A program made the translations under genes and the position numbers. A stretch of 63,291 nt of DNA, the filler included, from Globobulimina sp. (lineage: Eukaryota): assembly GCA_003354225.1 (NCBI GenBank). It is 41 parts of 41 records of this genome, joined end to end, with 100 filler letters (N's around TTAATTAATTAA, not from the genome) between each part and the next. Parts side by side here need not be neighbours in the genome. Positions count along the whole stretch, not along the records: positions 34,026 to 35,471 come from PIVH01016546.1; positions 35,572 to 37,017 come from PIVH01016547.1; positions 37,118 to 38,563 come from PIVH01016548.1; positions 38,664 to 40,109 come from PIVH01016549.1; positions 40,210 to 41,655 come from PIVH01016550.1; positions 41,756 to 43,201 come from PIVH01016551.1; positions 43,302 to 44,747 come from PIVH01016552.1; positions 44,848 to 46,293 come from PIVH01016553.1; 33 more parts are not named here. The stretch is one strand, 5' to 3'. The notes below the pieces were generated by a model. It ran no database searches, had not been told where the DNA came from, and worked only from the letters and a program-made list of their open reading frames with translations. Below are positions 34,026 to 45,104 of the stretch, piece by piece. How positions within the stretch are numbered: position 1 is the first letter of the stretch; the number at the start of each line of letters is the position of its first letter.

Positions 34026-35471
34026 GTGGCAAAGTTGCTGCAAAGAAAATACCCACACACAACGACAAACAAATTATGCCGCAAAATATCAGGCCAACAA
34101 AGAGTATGAAGCCATTCCATTGGGCCAAAGTCTCTCAACATGCACATCGACCGGAAATATGGAAAGATGCAGAGAAAGAATTTCCAAAATTGTGTCAACA
34201 AATAAACTTCAATGAAATAGCTATTTTATTCGAAAAATCAGAACTTACGAATGTAAGTTATGTAACAAAGAAACAAAAAAGATATAAAGTAATTGATCCA
34301 AAACGAGCACAAAATGTAATGATTGCATTTGGTCAGTTCAAAATGTGCGAGTATGATATATTGGATGCTATGAGGAAAATGGATGAAAAGGTATAAATTA
34401 TCTGTACCTTTCCGGAATATATTGCTATAAAAACTGAAAATGTCATATATATTCATCACAGACCTTGGGAGCGAATAAATTACGCCAACTGTTACCATAT
34501 GTTCCAAGCGATGGAGAATTGCAAATAGTTCGAGATTATGTAAAAAACGGATATAATGTAAATGATTTGAGTAAAACGGGACAATTATTTGTTAAAATGA
34601 TGGATATGGTTTCTATTCGACAAAGACTGTCGTTATGGATATATAAAATAGAATTTCTTTCAATTTTAGAGAATGTGCAGCGACGATTAACGCAAGTCTC
34701 TGAAGCAATTAATGTATTGATGGAAAATGAGAGATTAAGGAAAGTGTTGTACTTTGTATTGATAATCGGGAACTATTTAAATTGCGGCAGTAACAGAGGG
34801 AATGCATTTGGATTTTCAATGGAGCCTACTTTGCATTTATTAGATGGTACGAAAAGTGCAGCTAAAAAAACAAGTTTAATGTTGTACCTTGTTGAGACTA
34901 TCCATGATATTGACCCTGATGCTTTAAAATGGGTACAAGACACTGCCATTTTGGAAATAACATATAAAAATAATAAAATCAAACAAGATGTAATTTTAAA
35001 TGATTTGAACGCAATTAAAAAAGATATGGCTTCCATTTGGAAATTTTTAAGGGCGCAAAGACAAATGACAATTCGAACAGAATCAGATTGGGCTAGAATA
35101 GGAGCGACAGTGTCCATCAATCGCGTTGCCTCTCATCTGCGGAAATTATCCAAATTAGGACAGAAAGCATTCTTTGACGGATGTGAAACTTATACTGGAC
35201 TCAAGTTATTGTATATGTTTATTAGTTATACTTATATATTACTGATTATATGACACAGGCACAGAACAGATGGATTTGGTAAAGTTTCAGTATATTTTGG
35301 TGATGAACGTAAAATGGATGAGAAAGACACAGAAGATATGTTTGAGAAAGTAATGAGATTATTTGCGAGGAAACAACAATCAAAAGTATCAGAGGTGGAG
35401 ATATTTTTAGAAAAAACAAAACAGGCTCTCGTCACATTAAGTCAATATTTTGCATTTGAAGAAGGAAAAAA
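34026..35471 (+). CDS. Formin FH2-domain protein (introns 34391..34461 and about 35205/35211..35258)
   Basis: MKPFHWAKV, VIDPKRAQNVMI, IRQRL, VLIIGNYLNCGSNRGNAFGF, TKS...TSLMLYLV, YFAFE. Confidence 0.9.
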
Positions 35472-35763
35472 NNNNNNNNNNNNNNNNNNNNNNNNNNNNN
35501 NNNNNNNNNNNNNNNTTAATTAATTAANNNNNNNNNNNNNNNNNNNNNNNNNNNNNNNNNNNNNNNNNNNNTGTGGAGGTTTATTTTTCAAATGGATTAT
35601 AAACCATATGGAGAGACAGTAGAGGCAATAGAGTGAGGACTATTTATCAATCCGCTGCTAGCAAGCAATCCTCTTAGACATAAGTAGACATCAAATGTAA
35701 CGGTCTCGAAAAAAACTTAGTTGGACATTCTCTAATGTGTTTCAAACAGGTCCTATTCTAAAG

Positions 35764-36176
35764 TACTAGGTCAACTTCGAATACTAGGTTGAAAACCACT
35801 TTAGCTAACCCAAAAACCTTGCCAATCACAAAAGAAGTGTTTAGAAGTTTAAGCCTAAAAAGTCAAATGAATACAGTTTATATGTCATATTTTGATTTAT
35901 CATCACCTGAATTGGATTCATATCCAGCAAGAGCTGCCCTTGCTGTTATAGATTTGCCTGTTGGCGCACAGATAGAAATTAAAACAATTGCATTTAACTT
36001 TTTTTGGCTTAGTTTTTGGGTTAGCTAGAGTGGTTTTCAACTTCGAATACTAGGATTACTAGGTCATCGAATACTAGGTCAACTTCGAATACTAGGATTG
36101 AACACCACTCTAGCTAACCCAAAAACGTTGCTAATCGATGAAATGAAACGAAACGAAACTAAGCCAAAAAAGTTAT
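35764..36176. repeat. Mosaic of inverted and direct repeats flanking a RidA fragment
   Basis: 29/30-bp IR 35788..35817 vs 36012..36041; 25-bp exact DR 35764..35788 vs 36072..36096; repeated GAATACTAGG. Confidence 0.85.
35861..35995 (+). pseudogene. ridA: RidA/YjgF/UK114 C-terminal fragment
   Basis: MNTVYMSYF...YPARAALAVIDLPVGAQIEIKTIA; N-terminal two thirds absent. Confidence 0.8.
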
Positions 36177-36388
36177 TTGACATAAAGAGCATGGGGTAAG
36201 GTAGATGCAAACCGTTTCTGGTGACTGACAAAGGCAAAAATTATATAGGTTTGCCTTCGTTGAAAACAGGATGCTCTTATGAGAACTGAGTTTTTTTAAT
36301 TTAATTAGATTATTGTAAATACTTAAAAAAACTCTTCATCAAAATTATTAACAATCATCTTTCAAACACTCTAACAAAGCAAACAAAT

Positions 36389-37017
36389 ATGCCTAGTTGC
36401 AATACCACACCATATAAATATAAGACAACCAAACTGATTGGTTCGGGCACATTTGGTGAGATTTGGAATGTGATTGAAAAATCAGATGTGAATAATAAAT
36501 ATGCAATAAAAATGATTAAAAATGGTAGAAAGAAATACGAGCAAATATTTGTGAATGAAGGGAAACGAGTTTTACATTTAAATAAGATCCAGACCTCAGA
36601 AGTTGGCAAACATTTCATTATTAAATGCAAAGAATTATTATATTGTACGAGTGAGAATAATCCGATATTGCATTCATTGCCATTGCCATTGATGGGACCA
36701 TGTCTGGTGATGGAATTATGTGGTTATTCATTAGCACAATATATGAATTGCATGAATGTAGAAATTCAAAAATATCGTTATCGACAATTCGTTGCATTTC
36801 AGTACAAATATTGTTTGCAATGTCCTTCCTTCATGGAATTGGTGAATGTATACATTCGGATTTAAAACCGGAGAATATCTTAATTAATTATACGGATTGT
36901 TGTAATGTGGAATTATCCAAAAGTCCACGCATCAAAATCATAGACTTTGGCAATGCCATAGATCAATCTGTCGATATTAATAGACCCAGAAAATTAAAAT
37001 CATTCCAACTGCAATCA
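36389..37017 (+). CDS. CMGC-group (DYRK/SRPK-like) Ser/Thr kinase, frameshift near 36745
   Basis: IGSGTFGEIW, YAIKMIK, CLVMELCG in one frame; CIHSDLKPENIL, IKIIDFGNA, LQS in the next. Confidence 0.85.
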
Positions 37018-37117
37018 NNNNNNNNNNNNNNNNNNNNNNNNNNNNNNNNNNNNNNNNNNNNTTAATTAATTAANNNNNNNNNNNNNNNNNNNNNNNNNNN
37101 NNNNNNNNNNNNNNNNN

Positions 37118-37534
37118 AATTTTGTTGAACGCATTTTCATTGTTGTCATTGCTAAAATATACAGCGACAGTATCATCTGTGATTGAATCGGTGTCATATT
37201 CCTCTTCTTTTATTTGTGCTGCAAAAGATGCAGTTGTTTTCTGCGAAATTCCAATACTTTCCATATGTTTAAATACATTATCGATCAGTGTGTCTTCCTC
37301 AATGGTATTGCTATGTATCAAATATTTTTCCTTATGATCGCCCACAAATTCAGTGTCATTTGGTTTGATCTCATTCGAGTCTTTTGCCTTTCTTCTCAAA
37401 CCCATATCAAACAAATGAAAGAGATAGCAGTGACATTGAGCCATCATATCTTTGTAAAACATAGAATGCGAATTTTCTTCGGTTCCATTCGGGTTATCTT
37501 TATCGCTTGTTCTGTCTCTGTGATATCTCTTGGA
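37118..37534 (-). CDS. Hypothetical protein fragment (HCYLFHLFDMGLR...IKEEEYDTDSI)
   Basis: Open ORF to contig edge; begins at a tandem-repeat junction. Confidence 0.45.
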
Positions 37535-37591
37535 ATGATTAATTGTTGCATATATGATTAATTGTTGCATGTATGATTAATTGTTGCATAT
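37535..37591. repeat. 3 x 19-nt tandem repeat at the junction of two unrelated ORFs
   Basis: ATGATTAATTGTTGCAT(A/G)T at 37535, 37554, 37573. Confidence 0.95.
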
Positions 37592-38435
37592 ATGGGTGAG
37601 AGTGTTGGGTGCGATAAGCTGCAGACCCATTAATATTCAGGAACCCGATGGTTAGATTCTCGAGCGATATTTTAGTGGTTGTTATGGGTTCAATATCAGG
37701 GGCGTATAGTTGCAGGAATGTGAACTTTTGGATGATATTAGGGATGTCTTTCTCATCATACATCTCATTATTTAGGTGCGATTGCAGTATTTTGTGAACT
37801 AAATATTTTTTGTATCGTCGTAGCAGGAGTTGGTCGCTGCAGTGTAGGCTTACTGCTCTCTTAAAGATCTGGTTTAATGAGAGGATTGCATTATTTTCCA
37901 TGTTATTTATGTGTTTTGCGTGGTTCACAGAATGCAAATTGGTGCAGTTGAAGTTGCGCAAAGATCGCCAATGCTGAATAATTTGTTTAGAGTCAACATC
38001 CTGCGGTACATTCCATTTAATGTGATATTTATTGTGTCGGACAGACTGTTGTATCATTGGGTTGTCTTCGGCATAATTGTGCCGTGTTACAAACTGATAG
38101 ATCTCATTTATTATGGCAGGATCTTTATTGTATGCATGGAGTTGTTTGTTGTGTATTTGCTCCAAAGTGGAATGTTTGAAGGGGATCGATTTGAATTTTA
38201 TGGCAATATGCCTGGGGAAGTTGTTTAGAATGTGGAATTTCACCGGATTGAACCTATGGACTGGCATTCGCATTGTTATCCATCGCAGAGACTTATTCAT
38301 TATGATTTGTATATGTTTAAAGTAGCCACGAATCGAATGTTGGTTCCTCTCTATGTATTTGTATAAGTGTTTTATGTCATTTCTGTTACGGGTACTGACC
38401 ATATACCCTGTTTCATATTTGTTTACTACAGGCAT
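37592..38435 (-). mobile_element. Probable LINE ORF: long basic N-terminal region ending in the first strand of an APE endonuclease
   Basis: Ends LENLTIGFLNINGS (APE motif I-like) before being cut by the tandem repeat; A/C-rich coding strand as in 12377..13823. Confidence 0.45.
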
Positions 38436-38663
38436 TGTATTATGGGGTTGTCTATTCGCAGTGGCTGTATTATTGTTATTAGAATTTTGTCAATTTTGCG
38501 CTTGATTACAGGTTCAATGTATTAAAAATAAATTATAAAACGAATTAAGAGAGTTAAGAGAATNNNNNNNNNNNNNNNNNNNNNNNNNNNNNNNNNNNNN
38601 NNNNNNNTTAATTAATTAANNNNNNNNNNNNNNNNNNNNNNNNNNNNNNNNNNNNNNNNNNNN

Positions 38664-39196
<533 letters not shown>

Positions 39197-39530
39197 TTAC
39201 AATTTGCTGACAAACAAAATAATAAACAATGTAAACCGCTTACTATATTGGCTGAGTTGGTATTGACGCGTTGGAGAGAACGAAGATGAGAAAGGGATTG
39301 AAAGTTTGTTGTTGTTTAAAGAAAACTTTTTGCTGAAATGTGTGCAGCTGTCATCTGGATTATGATATCATTTTTATCTTTTCACAGTTTCGCAGATTCG
39401 CATTCGGACAAACCAATATCAAAACAACTCGAAATTCATTGAACATCTGCCAACCTGGATTTCAATGAGACGTAAAAAAACAAAAGAACGAGCACGTGTC
39501 CATACATTATCTCCATTACGTTTATCAATT

Positions 39531-40109
39531 ATGACATCAAAAAATATCGAGGAAGACAGTCAGGATGATTCAACAGTTATGTTTACATTGCTTTCATCAT
39601 TAACAATAAATAAATAATAATATGCACGCACAGAGCACGAATGAACCATTAATAAACGTAAAACGTCCACAGAAATCAATACGAGAGAAGTTATCGGGAT
39701 GTTTACGATGCAACAAAAACAAAATAAAACCATCCGAAGATAGAATAATAAGCTTTAACGGCAAAGGCGATTGTTGCACATCGCAGGGGCCATCAGATGA
39801 ATTATATAAATCATACCCAGTCAACGAAGTAAACAATCAAAAATATTCTCTGATCTCCTTCATTCCAATGTTTTTAATGGATCAATTTAAACAATTTGGA
39901 AATGCATATTTTTTATGTGTCTCGTTAACACAAATTCCAATTCCTGGCTCCCCGTTTGAATGCATGTGGGTTGGCCTATGGTGGACGCATATTGCACCCC
40001 TATTATTTGTATTATGTGTCTCATTTATTCGCGAAGCAAGTGATCAATATTCACGATACAGGAAAGATAAAGAAATTAACGATCAATTATTTAACAAGAT
40101 CACTCTCAA
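39531..40109 (+). CDS. P4-type ATPase (phospholipid flippase, ATP9/Neo1-like), N-terminus; intron 39576..39633
   Basis: YPVNEVNNQKYSLISFIP..L..QFKQFGNAYFL, APLLFVLCVSFIREA.D...RYRKDKEIN. Confidence 0.88.
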
Positions 40110-40209
40110 NNNNNNNNNNNNNNNNNNNNNNNNNNNNNNNNNNNNNNNNNNNNTTAATTAATTAANNNNNNNNNNNNNNNNNNNNNNNNNNNNNNNNNNN
40201 NNNNNNNNN

Positions 40210-41423
40210 TGTAGTTATTGGCGTTGGCATCGTTTTCATTTTCAAGTCCTGTTTTTCAGTAATTTAAAATATCGTTTTTGGTAATGTCCAATTGGTACAG
40301 TAGCATTTGACAGTGCAATGTATCAATTGTGCAAAGCCAAAAAGGTTATTTTTAAACCTGTAGTTTTCAGATTGGTGGAAAAGTAGCCATCTGCTATATT
40401 TTTATGATCCAATATTAACTCAAATTGGTTATGATACAAAGCAAATGCCCAAGTTCCGCCAGTTCCGGGCATCGCACAATTAATGTCCGGGTTAGTGCAG
40501 CTTCCGCAGTTGCGAGAGCGTCCATATTGGGTGGAATTACTGAAGCTATTATCACAAAAACACTGTGAGCTATACTCCATTGCAAAGTATTTATATTTCA
40601 TACATGCCGATTGACATTCACTAATCGTATAACTCCCGCTTAACTTCGTCGACATGGCTCGATCGCGGTCATCAGCCCAACAACCAATTGCATCAAAGTT
40701 AAATTCATTTTGTGCGCAGGAAATAGATAGCTGATAATCACCATGATCAGTAACATTGCCATAGGACAGTATTTGTATATAATATGTGCCTGGCAACTGA
40801 TCAGGAATGGTGAAATATTCATTATTATTGATAGATGTACACGCGCTTTCATTACAGTCGTCGCCTTCGCGTCCGGCATTGACTGGGCAGTATGGCAGGG
40901 AAAGTATAGCTCCTTCGTCGTTATGGACTGTTGTTAGAGTATTGAATGAAGAATTACATAGCGAATAGGTGATATCGTTGAAATTGGTGGTTGTTAGCTT
41001 CCAGTAATGGATATCGTTGGGAGTATTAAAAAAGGAATACACAGTCTGCTCGCAGGATATAATGCCAACAATGGGTGATACGGCGCCAGTTAATGCTGGA
41101 TTTTGTGCTGAGTGTTACGTGCGTGAATCAGTGAATGTGTGTATATATATATATATGCATGTCATGCAGTTTAATACTAAACTGCAACATTCTTTTTGAA
41201 TGAGATAGACTGAATCACCGAATACTGAATTACCACAATAAATTGATCCTGATGAAGTTTGATATGTGTACCTTGTGTTGGCCCCATATGCAATGATACC
41301 GGAAGCAAGACAATTTCCATTGGTTATTTCGTCTATGCACCATATGTATCCTGGTGGGCAACAAATAGTGTCACGGAAATTCCATGCGAGAAAATAAATC
41401 AACACTACAAACGAAAGTGTCAT
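40210..41423 (-). CDS. Secreted modular protein: Cys-rich YGAN..FGD module, PPC-like domain, WSC domain; intron 41108..41182
   Basis: Signal peptide; WCIDE...AYGAN...CGNSVFGD...KECC; PGTYYIQI...GDYQLSISC; IGCWAD...ECQSAC..YKYFAMEYSSQCFCDN...GGTWAFALY. Confidence 0.75.
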
Positions 41424-41501
41424 GATAGAGAGTTTGAGCTGATATTAAAAAGATAACCCCAGGTTTTTGCTCCAAGTTTATAGTCGTCTGTCGTTTGAAT
41501 C

Positions 41502-41655
41502 ATGGCCTATCTGTCACGCAGAGGTGTTCAGTCAATACCAGCAAAGTCTATCCATTTACACTCCACAACACGCATATCATTAACCAATAGCCTCACAACT
41601 CGATTACATACCATATCACCATCCAATAAAAAACCGACTCAAAAAATAAATGCTC
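41502..41655 (+). CDS. N-terminus of a probable mitochondrion-targeted protein
   Basis: MAYLSRRGVQSIPAKSIHLHSTTRISLTNSLTTRLHTIS: R/S/T-rich, no acidic residues; open to contig end. Confidence 0.4.
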
Positions 41656-42069
41656 NNNNNNNNNNNNNNNNNNNNNNNNNNNNNNNNNNNNNNNNNNNNT
41701 TAATTAATTAANNNNNNNNNNNNNNNNNNNNNNNNNNNNNNNNNNNNNNNNNNNNTGATAATGAAACTCCGTATCCAAACGAATTATTTATGACTGCTGT
41801 AACCTATCAAGATATCACAATTTGGACTAGAAATCTAAAATTTATTCCATTTCAACAAAATGTTGTTGTGAGATGTTGGAAAAACAATAATCATAATCTT
41901 GCCCAAATTTACAGAATGTTAAGAATCACCTCAAATAGACATGGGTAATATGCACCAGATTTGTTTTGAATGATTTTTATATGTGTTAAAAAAAAAAGCA
42001 GTTTTTGTAACTTTAGCAGTTTTTGTATCTTTCGATCATCTTAGCTTTCCTTTTGAGTAATCAGTATCA

Positions 42070-43201
42070 ATGAGCAAACCACAAGACCGAGACATTGTAT
42101 CTCTAGCGCAAAAATTACAACACCATTTGCTTGTAAATAGTCTTATCAAAGACAGAAAATCCAATTTAAAACATTATAGACAATGCTTTGTTGGCAACGA
42201 AGTAGTTCCAATAATAATAAAGTTAAAATTGGTACCAATATCAAAAACCAGTACATCAGAAACCGTATCAAATGCAATAAAATTTGGGAATGCATTAATT
42301 GAAGCTGGCATTATACAACATGTTGTCAAAAAACATGCATTTATAAATGATAAACTTTTTTATGAATTTGTGTCTGGATATAATAATACCGACACATTTA
42401 CAAAGAGACGAAAATCAGTGGATGACAGTGATGCCAATAATAAAGTATGTCTGTCTCGGCTTTACTTCAACACAATCTGCCAGATTGAGTATCCGATTTG
42501 TTTTCTCGTTCAGGTTTTAATGTAAACATTTTTAACTTAAGCTAAAAAAACTTCACTCTGATTTTTTTTTGTTGCTCAACATGCAGGACTTTAATGAACA
42601 AAAAGCAAGGCTCGTACCAGCATGGAACGACAACCTAGAACCATCAATGACATTCAGTGTCTCAAACACGAAAATGTTAACTGAGATCGAAGAGAAACGC
42701 CACCAAAACAAAACTTTACGAAGACAAAAAACCAACGCTGACCTTGCTCTCAGCTCCCACAATATATTATTTTCCTCTTTGAAAGCATCACTCTCTTCAT
42801 CTGCCTGTACCATAATCGTATTTGGTGCCAGTGGCCATTTAGCAAAAACAAAGACTTATCCCGCATTATATGACTTATTTAATGAAGGCATGTTCCCCGA
42901 CGATGTAAACATTGTCGGTTACGCGCGGAGCAAATTAACCAAAACCAATTTTGATAAGAAAGTGTCGATCAAATTGAAAGGCGACTCACAATCGCCATTT
43001 TTAAAACGGTGTAGCTATTTTTCGGGCAAAGGCTACGACGATGATGACTCATATAAATTATTTGCAGATTACATCCATAAATTAGAAGATGCGAAATATA
43101 ACGGCCGTAGCAATCGCATCTGTTACTTAGCGAACCCACCAACGGTATTCATAGCGGTCTGCGAGCGCATTAAACGATATTTATTTGTCAATGACGGATT
43201 T
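42070..43201 (+). CDS. G6PD: DEP domain - glucose-6-phosphate dehydrogenase fusion (intron 42445..42586; 3' truncated)
   Basis: IKDRK..LKHYRQCFVGNEVV...AIKFGNALIEAGIIQHV...F.NDKLFYEF; phase-0 GTATGT..TGCAG intron; TIIVFGASGHLAKTKTYPALY, IVGYARS, NRICYLANPPTVF. Confidence 0.85.
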
Positions 43202-43301
43202 NNNNNNNNNNNNNNNNNNNNNNNNNNNNNNNNNNNNNNNNNNNNTTAATTAATTAANNNNNNNNNNNNNNNNNNNNNNNNNNNNNNNNNNNNNNNNNNN
43301 N

Positions 43302-43640
43302 GGTTGATCCTCAGGTCGCGCGCACGCAGGTAGCGCGGCGCAACTGCACGGATCGACGTGTTCGGATTGGCCCTGCTCATAGAACGAAAGGTCGGAGCTG
43401 GGCCAGGCCTTGAAACCGCTTTGCCACGGGATGAAATCGTGAGATCCGATATGACCGTCCGGTACTCCGAAAGGCGGGTCGAGTGCTTCCAAATCGACCC
43501 AGACCAACGACGCACCCTGACCGGACGTGAGCCCCTTCCACCAAGCCGTCAGGTCAATCACGTTGACGACGCAATCCGGCCCAGAAAAGAAACCTCCGCC
43601 GGAATATTTCTTATAAATAATAATTTTGACCTTGACCCTA
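43302..43640 (-). CDS. GC-rich coding-like fragment of unknown family, abruptly joined to AT-rich DNA
   Basis: Open frame KVKIIIYKKYSGGGFFSGPDCVVNVIDL...; visibly GC-rich up to about 43640; strand uncertain. Confidence 0.3.
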
Positions 43641-44166
43641 AATGTTTGTTTGTTTGTTTTTGCCAATTCAATTATTATTTTTCTGTTGTATCTTCTTATT
43701 TATTTATATTTTTTTTTTCACATTTTTTCTTATTATTTCTAGCCACCTTCCTTGTGTTGCACAGTTGTTGTTTATTGAGATTGTTTTTGTTTCCATTTGT
43801 AATATCTTTCAAATAATCCCATCATGTTTTTCTTTGTTTTGTTTTTTTTTGATATGTTTTGTGTAATTTTTTGTTTGGCAATTCATCTTCAAAACTATAT
43901 TCACGGTAATTAATGTTTAAACAATTTTAACGCGATTGCCTTATGGACAGTTATGGTTTTTTTTTTGTAGTTCCTCTGGCTCTGAGGTTGTTCTTATATT
44001 ATGCAATATAAATTGTGGTAGGATTCTTAATTGCAATAACTTAGTTGTCGCATGTCTAGGAACTTAGTCCCAATTTATATTGCGCAATATAAGAACACCT
44101 CGCCAAAGTATGTGTAGCAAAATCCGTGTTTCTTTTAAAGACTCCTTGCACAAAGCCAGTTGAATA

Positions 44167-44747
44167 ATGGCAATTTGGTCACTTTTCGTGCTGGGAATTA
44201 TTTGCAATGGACAATCATTACCACGTTGTGTGTTTAGAGATGCAGCATCTTCTGGACAACAGCTTGATTTAAGGGCTCTCGCAGACACAACATTATCTAA
44301 AACAGATGATTCAACGCCAGCAAATCTATTCCAATTTGCACCATGTAGAAATAGTATTAATTTGGATATTTGTGCGCCTGACACCGCAATGGCAGTAAAA
44401 ACACGAAGTGCAGATTGTTGGATATTGGCAAAGTGGGATGCTGCGGCACAAGAAACATTACCATCTTTTGATGCTATAATTGAGCGGTGGACATTTAATT
44501 ATACCACAGGCGAAGACTGTGATGGCAAACCATACACATTCTTTGCGTATTTTAATTGTGATCCACATATCGGTGATTATAGAGTGGTTTCAGTAGGTAC
44601 TGTAAATATTATATATATATATATATATATATTATATTGTGTACTATATTGCGAATTTGCGGTTGAATTTAGGAACTCCAAGAGCGTGTACGGGTCAAAT
44701 GACCATCGATACAGAATGGGCGTGCCCTGGAGAAGTGTATACGACAC
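44167..44747 (+). CDS. MRH (mannose-6-phosphate receptor homology / ATG27-like) domain protein; intron 44597..44672
   Basis: Signal peptide; C...LDLRAL, FQFAPCRN, FNYTTGEDC, FNCDP, |C...MTIDTEWACP. Confidence 0.75.
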
Positions 44748-45004
44748 NNNNNNNNNNNNNNNNNNNNNNNNNNNNNNNNNNNNNNNNNNNNTTAATTAAT
44801 TAANNNNNNNNNNNNNNNNNNNNNNNNNNNNNNNNNNNNNNNNNNNNTTATACAAACGAACAATACAACGGAAATAGTCAAATAAACACATACAGACACA
44901 AAAACTTTTCCTGTAACTATCGGTATCACCTTTGTCATTTTTGCTCACACTCTTTCAGAATGCAATGAATACACAAGAACTCAGGTTTTTATCTCAGGTT
45001 TTTC

Positions 45005-45104
45005 ATTAAGAATTTGATATGGTCAGAACTATTTAGGTGGGTTAAGAATTTAGGTGGATTAAGAATTTGATATGGTCAGAACTATTTAGGTGGGTTAAGA
45101 ATTT
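45005..45104. repeat. 47-bp direct repeat x2 (period 53)
   Basis: ATTAAGAATTTGATATGGTCAGAACTATTTAGGTGGGTTAAGAATTT at 45005 and 45058. Confidence 0.92.

Noticed and set aside
37535-37591. CRISPR-like arrays (also 45005..45104 and 61290..61486)
   Set aside because: No unique spacers of constant length, too few units, no cas genes.
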